Assembly (NCBI GenBank): GCA_002269645.1
Contig: NIVC01002369.1
Span: 62,001-126,000, forward strand
Reading direction: 5' to 3'
DNA: 64,000 nt
Origin: Macrostomum lignano
Taxonomy: Eukaryota
Made by a program: the position numbers and the translations under genes. Below are positions 20,990-33,027 of this stretch, in pieces (within the stretch, counting starts at the first letter, position 1; each line of letters begins with the position of its first letter). A model generated the notes under the pieces. The model worked only from the letters and a program-made list of their open reading frames with translations, had not been told where the DNA came from and ran no database searches.

Positions 20990-21640
20990 TGTTTTTGGCG
21001 CCAATCGGTTGTTTTAGATAATCGGTCAATCGGTCGTTTTTGGCGCCAATCGGTCGTTTTTGGCACCAATCGGTTGTTTTAGACAATCGGTCGTTTTTGG
21101 CACCAATCGGTTGTTTTTGGCCCCAATCGGTTGTTTTTGGCGCCAATCGGTTGTTTTAGACAATCGGTCGTTTTTGGCACCAATCGGTTGTTTTAGACAA
21201 TCGGTCGTTTTTGGCACCAATCGGTTGTTTTTGGCCCCAATCGGTTGTTTTTGGCGCCAATCGGTTGTTTTAGACAATCGGTCGTTTTTGGCACCAATCG
21301 GTTGTTTTAGACAATCGGTCGTTTTTGGCACCAATCGGTTGTTTTTGGCCCCAATCGGTTGTTTTTGGCGCCAATCGGTTGTTTTAGACAATCGGTCGTT
21401 TCTGGCACCAATCGGTTGTTTTTTGGCACGAATCGGTTGTTTTTGGCACCAATAGGTTGCTTTTGGCGCCAATAGGTTACTTTTGGCACCAATCGGTTGC
21501 TTTTGGCGCCAATCGGTTGTTTTTGGCGCCAATAGGTTGTTTTTAGCGTCAATCGGTTGTTTTTAGCGTCAATCGGTTGCTTTTGGCGCCAATCGGTTGT
21601 TTTTGGTCCCAATCGGTTGCTTTTGGCGCCAATCGGTTGT
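20990..21640. repeat. ~18-21 bp minisatellite (TTTTGGC(G/A)CCAATCGGTTGTT) with higher-order units
   Basis: Seen directly. Confidence 0.9.
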
Positions 21641-22339
21641 ATGAATGGGCACCCCATTCAACTGCATTCGTTGAGAGCGACAAACAGAAAGGCAAGGAAG
21701 ATTTTCAATCAATGCAAATTGGTTGCCACCTTTTCTGTGGCCTCCCAGTTTCAAGAGGGCCGCACGGCGCGCCCAGTCTCCCTTAATTGTTGTGGCCGTG
21801 GGAAAAACCAGTTCGTTCACACCCGAGCAGCTGTGGGAGACGGCCATGCTGCGAGCGGATACTCTGACTATGAAGAGAATTAATTTTAAGGGAAATTACA
21901 GTTTAATAAAGGAAGAACCAAAATGGGTGGTGGCATTCGGAGAACAAAGGTATGAGACTAGCAAAAGAACCTGTCATCCATTGTGTTGTGTCTTGGTCAG
22001 CATTTCACTATCAATATGCTTTTTTCGCCTAAGTAGGCACGTGACCCGGGCCTTCCGAATGCAGAAATCTGTGCTCAGTGAGTTTTTATTTGCGTTTTTG
22101 TTTTATTGTCATCGAATTTATTCGAAAATTAATAGCCACCGCAGACCCGTAGTTGCAGTTGGCTTGGCAACCTAGAGAATTATGCGAAGATAAAGGCGAG
22201 ATATGAACAAGGGGAGGGGCCATCCGCAGTTTCATTCGATCACGTGACAGCTGGTAATTAAAATATATCAAATTGAGTATAAACTGATTCAAAATTTGCA
22301 ATTATTCAGATGCGAATTTTAGCATTTGAAGGGCCATTT

Positions 22340-22915
22340 CTCAAGTCAAGTGTGCCATTTCTAATAGTAAAATTTCCATTTCTCAAATTCAAAGCGCCAT
22401 TTCTCAGATCCGAAGCGCCATTTCTCAGATCCGAAGCGCCATTTCTCAGATCCGAAGCGCCATTTCTCAGATCCGAAGCGCCATTTCTCAGATCCGAAGC
22501 GCCATTTCTCAGATCCGAAGCGCCATTTCTCAGATCCGAAGCGCCATTTCTCAGATCCGAAGCGCCATTTCTCAGATCTACAGCGCCAGTTCTCAGATCC
22601 AAACCACCAGTTCTCAGATCCGAAGCGCCATTAATCAGATCTACAGCGCCATTTCTCAGATCCGAGGCGCCATTTCTTAGATTCTAAGCGCCATTTTTCA
22701 TACCCAAAGCGCCACTCCTCATACCCAAAGCGCCATTTCTCAGATCCGAGGCACCATTTCTCAGATCCTGAGCGCCATTTCTCATACCCAAAGCGCCATT
22801 TCTCAGATCCAAACCACCATTTCTCAGATCCAAACCACCAGTTCTCAGATCTACAGCGCCATTTTTCAGATCCGAGGCGCCATTTCTCAGATCCACAGCG
22901 CCATTTCTCATATTC
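22340..22915. repeat. 21 bp minisatellite (GCGCCATTTCTCAGATCCGAA)
   Basis: Seen directly. Confidence 0.95.
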
Positions 22916-23514
22916 GAGTGCCACTTTGTCCATCGAATGTGCCAAAGCAAATCATTGAGAAACCGGACCCACTGGTTAACAAAGAAATCGTTGACATGAA
23001 AAAGTTTGTCAACAGAAGGCCTCAAGCAGACTGCAGACGATACAGAACGTCTCTAATGTCTTCGATTTTTTATCTAGGAAACAAATTATAGTTCAAAACA
23101 CTTTTTTTAATATCAGAGTTTTTCATCCGCCAGATCTCTATGGGTTAAATTTGAGTCAGCATAACGGCAAATTACGAGCTACCCTGCTTCTTCTTCTGAT
23201 TTCTGAGCTCAGGTCACGCCGCGTTGCTAGGGCAAGCTTGTCTGCAATAAAACTGACTGAAGGTGTGCCGGCGAATCGAAAGGGTGTTGGGACTGAGGAT
23301 GGAGCTAGTTCGGAGTACCAGCATCTCTTATCGGGTTTCAGGTGTCTCCAGGATCCCCCCATTGTCAGGCAGAGTCCCGCGGAGTCCCGATTGCAGGACG
23401 AGTAATTGCCGGGACGCACGTGTTTCCCAAATCGCACGTTTTGCTGAAATTATCAGTTTTTATCTACTAAAGTTGCGCGTCCAGGCGAACCCGCATGGCA
23501 ACAGGGCTTAGGGA

Positions 23515-24065
23515 AACGGAGAGGAAAGTAGAGGAGCGGAGAGAGAAGTAGAGGAGGGGAAAGAAATTAGAGGGGGCGGATAAGGAAGTAGAGAGACGGA
23601 TAAGGAAGTAGAGGGGCGGATAAGAAAGTAGAGGAGCGGAGAGAGAAGTAGAGGGGCGGAAAGAGAAGTAGAGGAGCGGAGAGAGATGGAGAGAGGCGGA
23701 TAGGGAAGTAGAGAGCAGATAAGGAAGTAGAGAGACGGATAAGGAAGTAGAGAGCGGATAAGGAAGTAGAGGGGCGGATAAGGAAGTAGAGGGGCGGATA
23801 AGGAAGTAGAGGGGCGGAAAGAAAAGTAGAGGAGCGGAGAGAGATGGAGACAGGCGGATAGGGAAGTAGAGAGCGGATAAGGAAGTAGAGAGCGGATAAG
23901 GAAGTAGAGAGACGGATAAGGAAGTAGAGAGCGGATAAGGAAGTAGAGAGACGGATAAGGAAGTAGAGAGCGGATAAGGAAGTAGAGGAGCGGGGAGGGA
24001 AGTAGAGGAGCGGAGAGAGAAGTAGAGGGGCGGATAAGAAAGTAGAGGGGCGGATAAGAAAGCAG
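23515..24065. repeat. 21 bp purine-rich minisatellite (GAGCGGATAAGGAAGTAGAGA)
   Basis: Seen directly. Confidence 0.9.
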
Positions 24066-24479
24066 AAGGGGCGGAGTGGGTGAGCCAGTCGCTCCAAGGC
24101 CCCTCTCGTGAGGCCAAGGTGCTGTCCACAATTTCCGAGCGTCTCAGCAGCTGCTCCAGGCCACATCCACCAGTTTTTGATGGTGGCCGGTCACGCTCGC
24201 TCACCGAACGTTTCCGTCGTGCTCGCATAAAATTTATTGCCAGAATTTTTCTGCTCGATATGAAAGCGAACTATTGCGCAGCACAATTTAATATTCGCCC
24301 AACCAATGCCGTCAGTGGTGGCCCGTTTTCCCATCGTGCAACACCAGAAGGGATCGAGAAGAGCGAGCACGTTGGCCGCCAAATATCGGAGTGACCGAAA
24401 AATACTTTCATCTAGTGTTGTTGACTCGTGTTGTTGTGCGCATGTTCCTGCTTTCATTCGTGGTCTACCTGATCTTTCA

Positions 24480-24668
24480 TCTACCTCTCCACCTCCTTCT
24501 TAATCTCTCCCTCTACGAGCTACATCTCTCTCCCTCTACGAGCTACATCTCTCTCCCTCTTAATCTCCTTCTTAATCTCTCCCTCTCCATCTCTCCCTCC
24601 ATCTCCCTCTCTCTCTCCCTCTCCATCTCCCTCTCTCTCTCCCTCTCCATCTCCGTCTCTCTCCCCCT

Positions 24669-24735
<67 letters not shown>

Positions 24736-24770
24736 TCCCTCCCATCTCCCTCTCCCTCTCATCCCCTCCT
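24480..24770. repeat. (CT)n-rich simple repeat
   Basis: Seen directly. Confidence 0.9.
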
Positions 24771-25469
24771 TCAATATTTTTTCCTAATTTATTCGGTGCA
24801 TTTTATTCCATTTGCAATATCTGTACGAAAAAATGCGAGTTCGCTTCAATCCCTCAAACTGGTCGCTACGAGACAAGACAAAGACTCTCTACACCTGCAT
24901 TGTTATCTCGCACAAATACCCTTATATTCGTAGTAAAATACCTTCAGCTCTTAACAGCTTTTAGAGGAAGCTTGGCCCAGCCTCCGGGGTTATGAAGCAG
25001 CTCTCTGTGAGTGTCATTGAGCGGCGCTGGCCAAACAACTTCAAGAGCTGTGCCCGAAAATCACCCCCGACCCAAACCCTTAGGGAATAAAGACACGGAG
25101 AGGGGAGTCAGAGACAAAGGAAGCTGCTCAGAGGTTTCTATCCTTCCTTCATCCCCCCGCCTCAGTTTCATAAGTCTCCCGAAGCTCCAGTAGACCAGTA
25201 GCCCTGGCTGCTTATTCTCCCTCTCTCTCTCTCTCTCTCTCTCGACGCGCCGGTTGCCACCCGCCGAGCCCTCTTATTTTCCAGAAAAATGCAAGCGGCT
25301 ATGGTCGAGCGCCAGTAAATGTGGGCGCCCAGACGCAAAAAACCTCTTCAATGGGGTAATTATAAGGGATTTTCAATTTGGGCTGTTGTTTTTTGTCTTG
25401 ACGATGGCTCTGCTTTTGATTGTGGACTTGCCTGTTCGAGATTGATCATTTGGTTGCTTTGGGGACTCT

Positions 25470-26170
25470 ACCATTTCCCCTCTACTCTCTCCCATGTACT
25501 CTCTCCCCTCTCTACTGTCTCCCCTCTACTCTCTCCCCTCTACTCTCTCCCCTCTACTCTCTCCCCTCTACTCTCTCCCCTCTACTCTCTCCCCTCTACT
25601 CTCTCCCCTCTACTCTCTCCCCTCTACTCTCTCCCTCTACTCTCTCCCCTCTACTCTCTCCCTCTACTCTCTCCCCTCTACTCTCTCCCTCCTACTCTCT
25701 CCCCTCTACTCTTTCCCCTCTACTCTCTCCCCTCTACTCTCTCCCCTCTACTCTCTCCCCTCTACTCTCTCCCCTCTACTCTCTCCCTCCTACTCTCTCC
25801 CCTCTACCCTTTCCCATCTACTCTCCTATCTACTCTCTCCCATCTACTCTCTCTCATCTACTCTTCTATCTATTCTCTACCCTCTACTCTCTCACCTGTA
25901 CTCTCTCCCCTCTCTACTTTCTCCCCTCTACTCTATCCCATCTACTCTCTCCCATCTACTCTCCTATCTACTCTCTGGCATCTACTCTCTCTCATCTACT
26001 CTTCTATCTATTCTCTTCCATCTACTCTCCTATCTACTCTCTCCTCTCTACTCTCTCGCATCTCTACTTTCTCCCCTCTCTACTCTATCCCATCTACTCT
26101 CTCCTATCTACTCTCCTATCTACTCTCTCTCATCTACTCTCTCCCATCTACTATCTCCCATCTACATCTT
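25470..26170. repeat. (CTACTCTCTCCCCT)n pyrimidine-rich array bracketed by 35 bp direct repeats
   Basis: Seen directly; flanks at 25428-25462 and 26177-26211. Confidence 0.9.
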
Positions 26171-26609
26171 CCTCTATTGCCTGTTCGAGATTGACCATTT
26201 GGTTGCTTTGGTAGAAGGTATTCAGCAATAAAAAGATGAATTCTTGCTTCAATTTATTTCGAGAATATTAGAGACTGAGCTCATTGAACTCACCAGATGC
26301 TGCTTGTACAAAACTCTATGACTCGAACCCCAGCGATTTCAGTTTGCCCTTTGACTCTTAACCCCAGGATATCACGACGGTTTCACTGGATAATTCGTTA
26401 AACTGTTATTATCTTCCCTATCATGGATAATTTGGGATTTTTGTTCAGTCTGGCAAACAAATTGTTGCATGGTATGCTTAGCCTACAAGCTTTAGATAAT
26501 GGAGTTTATCAGCCTGTATATGTGAGAATGAGAACGTTTTAAAACGACTACGATTGCAGAGAGGTTAAATGTCATCAGGCGCAGTTGCTTTGATTTTTGA
26601 TAAGCTGGG

Positions 26610-27155
26610 TACACAGATGGAGGTGAAGAGATTGAGGTGCATACAAATTGAGGTTGAAAGGTTGAGGTACACAGATTGCGGTACATAGATCGAGGTACAC
26701 AGATTGAGGTACACAGATTGAGGTACACAGATTGAGGTACACAGATCGAGGTACACAGATTGAGGTACACAGATTGAGGTACACAGATTGAGGTACACAG
26801 ATTGAGGTACACAGATCGAGGTACACAGATTGAGGTACACAGATTGAGGTACACAGATTGAGGTACACAGATTGAGGTACACAGATCGAGGTACACAGAT
26901 TGAGGTACACAGATTGAGGTACACAGATTGAGGTACACAGATTGAGGTACACAGATTGAGGTACACAGATCGAGGTACACAGATTGAGGTACACAGATTG
27001 AGGTACACAGATTGAGGTACACAGATTGAGGTACACAGATTGAGGTACACAGATTGAGGTACACAGATTGAGGTACACAGATTGAGGTACACAGATTGAG
27101 GTACACAGATTGAGGTACACAGATGGAGGTACACAGATTCAGGTACACAGATTGA
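26610..27155. repeat. 14 bp minisatellite (CACAGATTGAGGTA)
   Basis: More than 30 copies seen. Confidence 0.95.
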
Positions 27156-27879
27156 GGTATTTTTTAACAAATGGGCGGAGATGGTCAAAGTCAGCATTTA
27201 AAAACCCCGCCAAGTCTTGAACAGGTACTTCAAACTGTTTTGAGAGGCCGAGAAAGGAGACGGGGGAGAGAAAGCCAGGAGCACTTGACCTTATGCCACA
27301 AAGCTCTCCATTTCACTCTAACAGATGGGTTAATAAAGATAGTTTAACAACAACACACAGCTTGGTGAATGACTTGAGCACGAGGAGGGAAGGGGGTTTT
27401 TAATCCGCCGGCCAGTCATTGCTTTGAAGTTTATTGCGCAAGTGCAACAGTGATCCTAACAGAGTGCGCAATCAGGCTCAGGCCGCCAGTGCACTGTAAA
27501 CACACCATTAAGGGTTGAATAATGGTAGAGAAGCGGAGACAATGGTCAGTTGCCTCATCCGCAATCGATTGAATTTCTTCTGAGTGACTTTCTGTGTTTT
27601 GTTTGCTTTTTAGGCTAACCCACCACACGTTGAGTGGCCCCTCCGCCCGCCCGCACGCGTTTAAAACTCTACTTAAAAATATTTTAACGGCTGCGGCTGC
27701 GGGCGGGTGCTCAGGGCCACTCAACTCTGCTGGTGGGTCACTTGACTGGCCACCCCCAGCCTCTGGAGTCCACCTGGCGTCCACTGCTACCCGCTAAACC
27801 TCATCCATGGAGTCCTTGATACAATAATCTGGACAAATGACTTTGTTATGCCATTTTTACTAAATTTATCTACACTTAT

Positions 27880-28812
27880 TCAGGAAGATTCTAGTTTGTG
27901 AAGATTCTACTTTGTGAAGATTCTATGGCTTTCTGAAGATTCTATGGTTTGTGAAGATTCTATGGCTGTTGAAGATTCTATGGTTTGTGAAGATTCTATG
28001 GTTTGTGAAGATTCTATGGTTTGTGAAGATTCTATTGTTTGTGAAGATTCTATGGTTTGTGAAGCTTCTATGGTTTTCTGAAGATTCTATGGTTTTCTGA
28101 AGATTCTATGGTTTGTGAAGATTCTATGGCTGTTGAAGATTCTATGGTTTGTGAAGATTCTATGGTTTCTGAAGATTCTATGGTTTCTGAAGATTCTATT
28201 GTTTGTGAAGATTCTATGGTTTGTGAAGCTTATATGGTTTGTGAAGATTCTATGGTTTGTGAAGATTCTATGGTTTGTGAAGCTTATATGGTTTCTGAAG
28301 ATTCTATGGTTTGTGAAGCTTATATGGTTTGTGAGGATTCTATGGTTTGTGAAGATTCTATGGTTTGTGAGGATTCTATGGTTTGTGAAGCTTCTATGGT
28401 TTGTGAAGATTCTATGGTTTGTGAAGCTTCTATGGTTTGTGAAGATTCTATGGTTTGTGAAGATTCTATGGTTTGTGAAGATTCTATGGTTTGTGAAGAT
28501 TCTATGGTTGGTGAAGATTATATTTTGTGAAGATGCTAGTTTGTGAAGATTCTATTTTGTGAAGATGCTAGTTTGTGAAGATGCTAGTTTGTGAAGATTC
28601 TATTTTGTGAAGATGCTAGTTTGTGAAGATTCTATTTTGTGAAGATGCTAGTTTGTCAAGATTCTAGTTTGTGAAGATTCTATTTTGTGAAGATGCTAGT
28701 TTGTGAAGATTCTATTTTGTGAAGATGCTAGTTTGTCAAGATTCTAGTTTGTGAATATTCTATTTTGTGAAGATGCTAGTTTGTCAAGATTCTAGTTTGT
28801 GAATATTCTAGT
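27880..28812. repeat. 17-18 bp minisatellite (TGTGAAGATTCTATGGTT, grading into TGTGAAGATGCTAGTT)
   Basis: Seen directly. Confidence 0.95.
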
Positions 28813-29259
28813 TTCAACCCCAATGTACCTATTTTGACTAAAAGTTGAAAATAAAGCTTTTGATTTGAGTAAGCAATCCAGATTCTCTTTCACGATATCC
28901 TTGGCCTACCCGCAGATTTCACACGAAGTCGATTAAAAATGGCGAATAAAAATGAAATTAACTCCAAAGAGAAGGCAGCCTGCGCACCCAAAACGCCCTC
29001 AAGGCCAGTGTTGTATTGGGTTCGAGTTTAAAATTCTTCAAGTTTTACAGCTACATGTAAATGTTAAGTTATGATACAGAATTGCGTGCGACTGGTTTTG
29101 ATTTCATTCAGTTCTGAATCAACTTTTTGCGTGCAAAGACCAACTGTGAAGTGCAGCGGGTCAGGGTCAGTGCTTCATCGCGCTTGAGCAGGACTCCAAT
29201 GGCTTGCTGTGGTCTGTCAGCTGACTTCATTGCCATGCTGTTCACGCATTTTCTGCTGC

Positions 29260-29635
29260 TCTCTACTTACTCCCATCTACTTCCTCTCCTCTACTCCCTA
29301 CTATCTACTCTCTCTCCTCTTCTCTCTCCCCTCGACTCTCTCCCATATATACTCTTTCTTCTACTCTCTCCCCTCTACTCTCTCCTACACTCTTCCCCAT
29401 CTACTCTCTATCTCTATCATCTACTCTCTCCCCTCGACTCTCTCCCATATATACTCTGTCCTCTACTCTCTCCCATCTAATCTCTCCCATCTACTCTCTC
29501 CCCTCTACTCTCTCCTACACTCTTCCCCATCTACTCTCTATCTCTATCATCTATTCTCTCCCATCTACTCTCTCTCTCTCATCTACTCTCCTATCTACTC
29601 TCTCCCCTCTACTCTACTCTACTCTACTCCCCTAC
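29260..29635. repeat. CTACTCTCTCCC-type pyrimidine-rich array, same family as 25470-26170
   Basis: Seen directly. Confidence 0.85.
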
Positions 29636-32224
29636 ATTCTCGCTCCAGTCTCCCATATGCCGCATGCCACTTGAAGCCGTCTTCAGTCTCAGTTTCAACC
29701 ACCAGCCCAGCAGCCGCACCTGCTCCCCCATGCAGCTCACACCCCACCCGCGGTGCGTGAAAATGGAAGAAAAAATTCATTGAAAACTCTTCTTAGAGAA
29801 AAACTCGAATTCGCACCTTCTTTTCCTGATTGACTTTTTCTGGCTTAACGGGGTCCTCCCCTTCAGACAAGAATGATGGAGCATTTTTATCGGACAATAA
29901 GTGGGTCCTTTCGCCCCCCCCCCCGAGTTCCATTGTCACATTTTGCCTTTTCTTAACAATATTCACAAAATTTATGACTTTTTATGCGCGAGCAGGTTGG
30001 TGGCGTTGACTTCTTTAGGAGACTTCGGGGGGGATGGGTAATTATCTTATTTTTTCAACGCCCCATTGACACCTGTGGACGCATCTGCTCAGGCATCAGA
30101 GACGATGACGAATGAATGAATAAAAGGATGCTGGAACGGTGAATATTGCTGGCTAATTTTATGCAACTTTGACAGACTGCGGATAATTTCAGTTGAAATT
30201 TTTTTTCTTATCAATAATCAGGAGGGAATTGTTCGCAAACGACTTTGGGAGAATCTAAGTTTGAGACTGGTTGGCCTTTTTCGCTCTTCCCATGGGAATT
30301 TTTATGCCGAGGCTCAAGTGGCGAGCGGGGGGGAAGGGAGAATTTGAATCGTAAAAAAGTGAGGCTGATGAGGGAATATTTGATGAAGCCAGGCAGAGGC
30401 TGGGGCACAAAGACAAGTATTGAGCATAGCCGTGATCGGGGAGAAACTGACCACAAACAACAAAGACCGCAATGTATGGAAGGGCGAGTCAGTCGATCTC
30501 AGTTGATTGATGAAGGGGGGGGCGACTCTGGGATCTCGACTCCGATCTGACTTCTACACATAGCGTGTGTCTGTCGCCAAGGCGGGTCGCGGTGAAGCTT
30601 CAGCTTGAAACTGACCCCTTAGCGACCGAGTCGGGTGTGGGTGTGTGCTCAGCCGAGCATCCTTCCCACGCTGGGTCTCGGCCTTCCAGTCTATCGCCCT
30701 CCCCGCCCGCTTCGGTTGGTCAGCTGCCTGTCAAACACTCGCTGATCTGACGTACTGATGATAAATCGATGGACCGTGAAACTGAGACTGGATTGCGGAT
30801 GAGAAGGAATCTAATGGATTTTTATGTACATTGCATGCGCTGAGTCCATATCTGACATCTGCTGGTTCTCGAGCTGGATTTAGAAAGATGCTCATCTACA
30901 AATGCGGGTGGGAACTGAGACTGAATGTTTTTGGATATCCGTCCGTTTCAAACATTGTTAAGAATTCCACCTGCCCGCCTCGGATAGCCGTCCAACAACT
31001 TGAAAAACCCGTGGATTATGAAAAAAGCACAATTTAAAGTTTTTTTTCCAGTTTCACACTTTCCTATTTATTGTATTTCAAACAATGGTATACTAGCCTT
31101 GGACTCGGCACTTGCAGCCAGCCACATGTTCGCCCCCACTCCCCGCACAATATCTCTCTCGTGTTAGGCAGTAAATTCCATAAGGATATCAGTTCTAAGA
31201 AAGTATTGCGTAACAGCCAATAAAAAGTTTAGTATATAATAAACAATATCGGCATTCGACTGGAGTTGAAACTTCGCCTGTATCTAAGGCAGGTGGGGTC
31301 AATATTAACTGGCAATAAATCTGTTCTTATTCGAAAAATTAGCACAGCTTTAAAAATTCGAATATAGTAGCTCCGGATATGGCTGCGTGATTTTGTACAA
31401 TGCACACAGATTGCACTGAGGTGTTTATTAAAACATGAAACAATGACATTACTATAGAAGCTGAACGAATCATCGTTGCGGTTGCTAGGACTACTTGGAT
31501 TTTTTCAACTGTAGCTGCCAGACCGTGTCCACTATAGTCCTAATCACAGGGTCACAATGGGTGACAGTGACTGCGGGACCGCAATGTGACTATTCAATCT
31601 ATTCAATCTTGATTTGCCTAATTATAGTGGGAAAGAAGATGGAAGGAAACAAGTCTTCTTACGCACTGTTTCCAGGGCCTGCAGTGAACCTGCAGTCAAA
31701 TTGTGCTCAAAGTTTTTTATTGCTATAGAAAAAATTTATACATACAAGATATCTATTGTTACACATTTTAGTTAAGTCTATATCTTTCTCTGACACAATC
31801 CATATTCGGTCTCGGATTTCGACCGAGCAGTTAACAAATATTACGCATCCAAACGCTCTGACGTCAATCACAAACACATTCTGCACTGGTTTAAAGCGAC
31901 TTTTTCAATTGTCCTTCTTATCTACATCGAGGGCCACTTCTAAACCGCGTATTTGACGACTTTCTGTAAGAGGGACTGCGCAATACATTTGGTAGGGATT
32001 GGTTTCTCAAAAATCGCTCTCCATTTCTCTGCCTTACTGAGATTGGGTTTCTCGCAGTTGGTGCGAAAGATTAGCGCTGACTGATAAGATTTAAATGGTT
32101 CATGAAGTTCACGATGTGGGGTGATTGTTGGCTAATTAAGGCAGAATAAGACTGCCTGCGAGATTAGATGGAGATGAGCTTTTTATTGAGACTGGAAGGA
32201 TGGCGAGTGGAGAGGGAGAAAGGA

Positions 32225-32590
32225 TACAGATGGTACAGAGGGTACAGAGGGTAGAGAGGGTACAGAGGGTACGGAGGGTACAGAGGGTACGGAGGGTACA
32301 GAGGGTAGAGAGGGTACAGAAGATAGAGAGGGTACAGAGGTTAGAGAGGGTACAGAGGTTAGAGAGGGTACAGAGGGTACAGAGGGTAGAGAGGGTACAG
32401 AGAATAGAGAAGGTACAGAGGGTACAGAGGGTACAGAGGGTACAGAGAATAGAGAGGGTACAGAGGATAGAGAGGGTACAGAGGTTAGAGAGGGTACAGA
32501 GGTTAGAGAGGGTACAGAGGGTACAGAGGGTAGAGAGGGTACAGAGAATAGAGAAGGTACAGAGGGTACAGAGGGTACAGAGGGTACAGA
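32225..32590. repeat. 9 bp repeat (GAGGGTACA) with higher-order structure
   Basis: Seen directly. Confidence 0.9.
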
Positions 32591-33027
32591 AGGGAGATAT
32601 GAGTGATAGGAGAAGCAAACTGAAAATTCGTTGCTAATTTTTGATTTTCGTAAAAACTGAATAACTGGAATCAGTGCAAGGTTATTGATTTAATTGGCCT
32701 TGAACAGCGCAGTTATTCACATTTTGTTGTCTCTGAATTTTTATTAAGAGGCTAGGAAAAATTGGAAAATTGAAGTTACAAATTTGAATAGTTGAATGCT
32801 TATATTGCATTTTTGTACATAATTATGAGCGGACAAGCTAGTTAATTAGACTAATAAAATTGACAGAGCACAGAGTTGATTTATTAAATCTATAAATAAA
32901 ACGGAGAATGCAATTTATGTACAATCAGTGCAATATGCTCTGTGGCGCGGGTATGTATTGTACATACAAAGGAATGTGGAAGAAGAGAGTAACTAAGCGC
33001 TATGTTGAACTGCATGCTACTCATTGC

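Noticed and set aside
19400-30760. A gene scattered as small exons among the arrays (candidates near 20370, 21810, 24080, 29150, 29655)
   Set aside because: Individual splice-like sites exist, but there is no consistent phase chain or recognisable protein; cannot be supported without RNA data.
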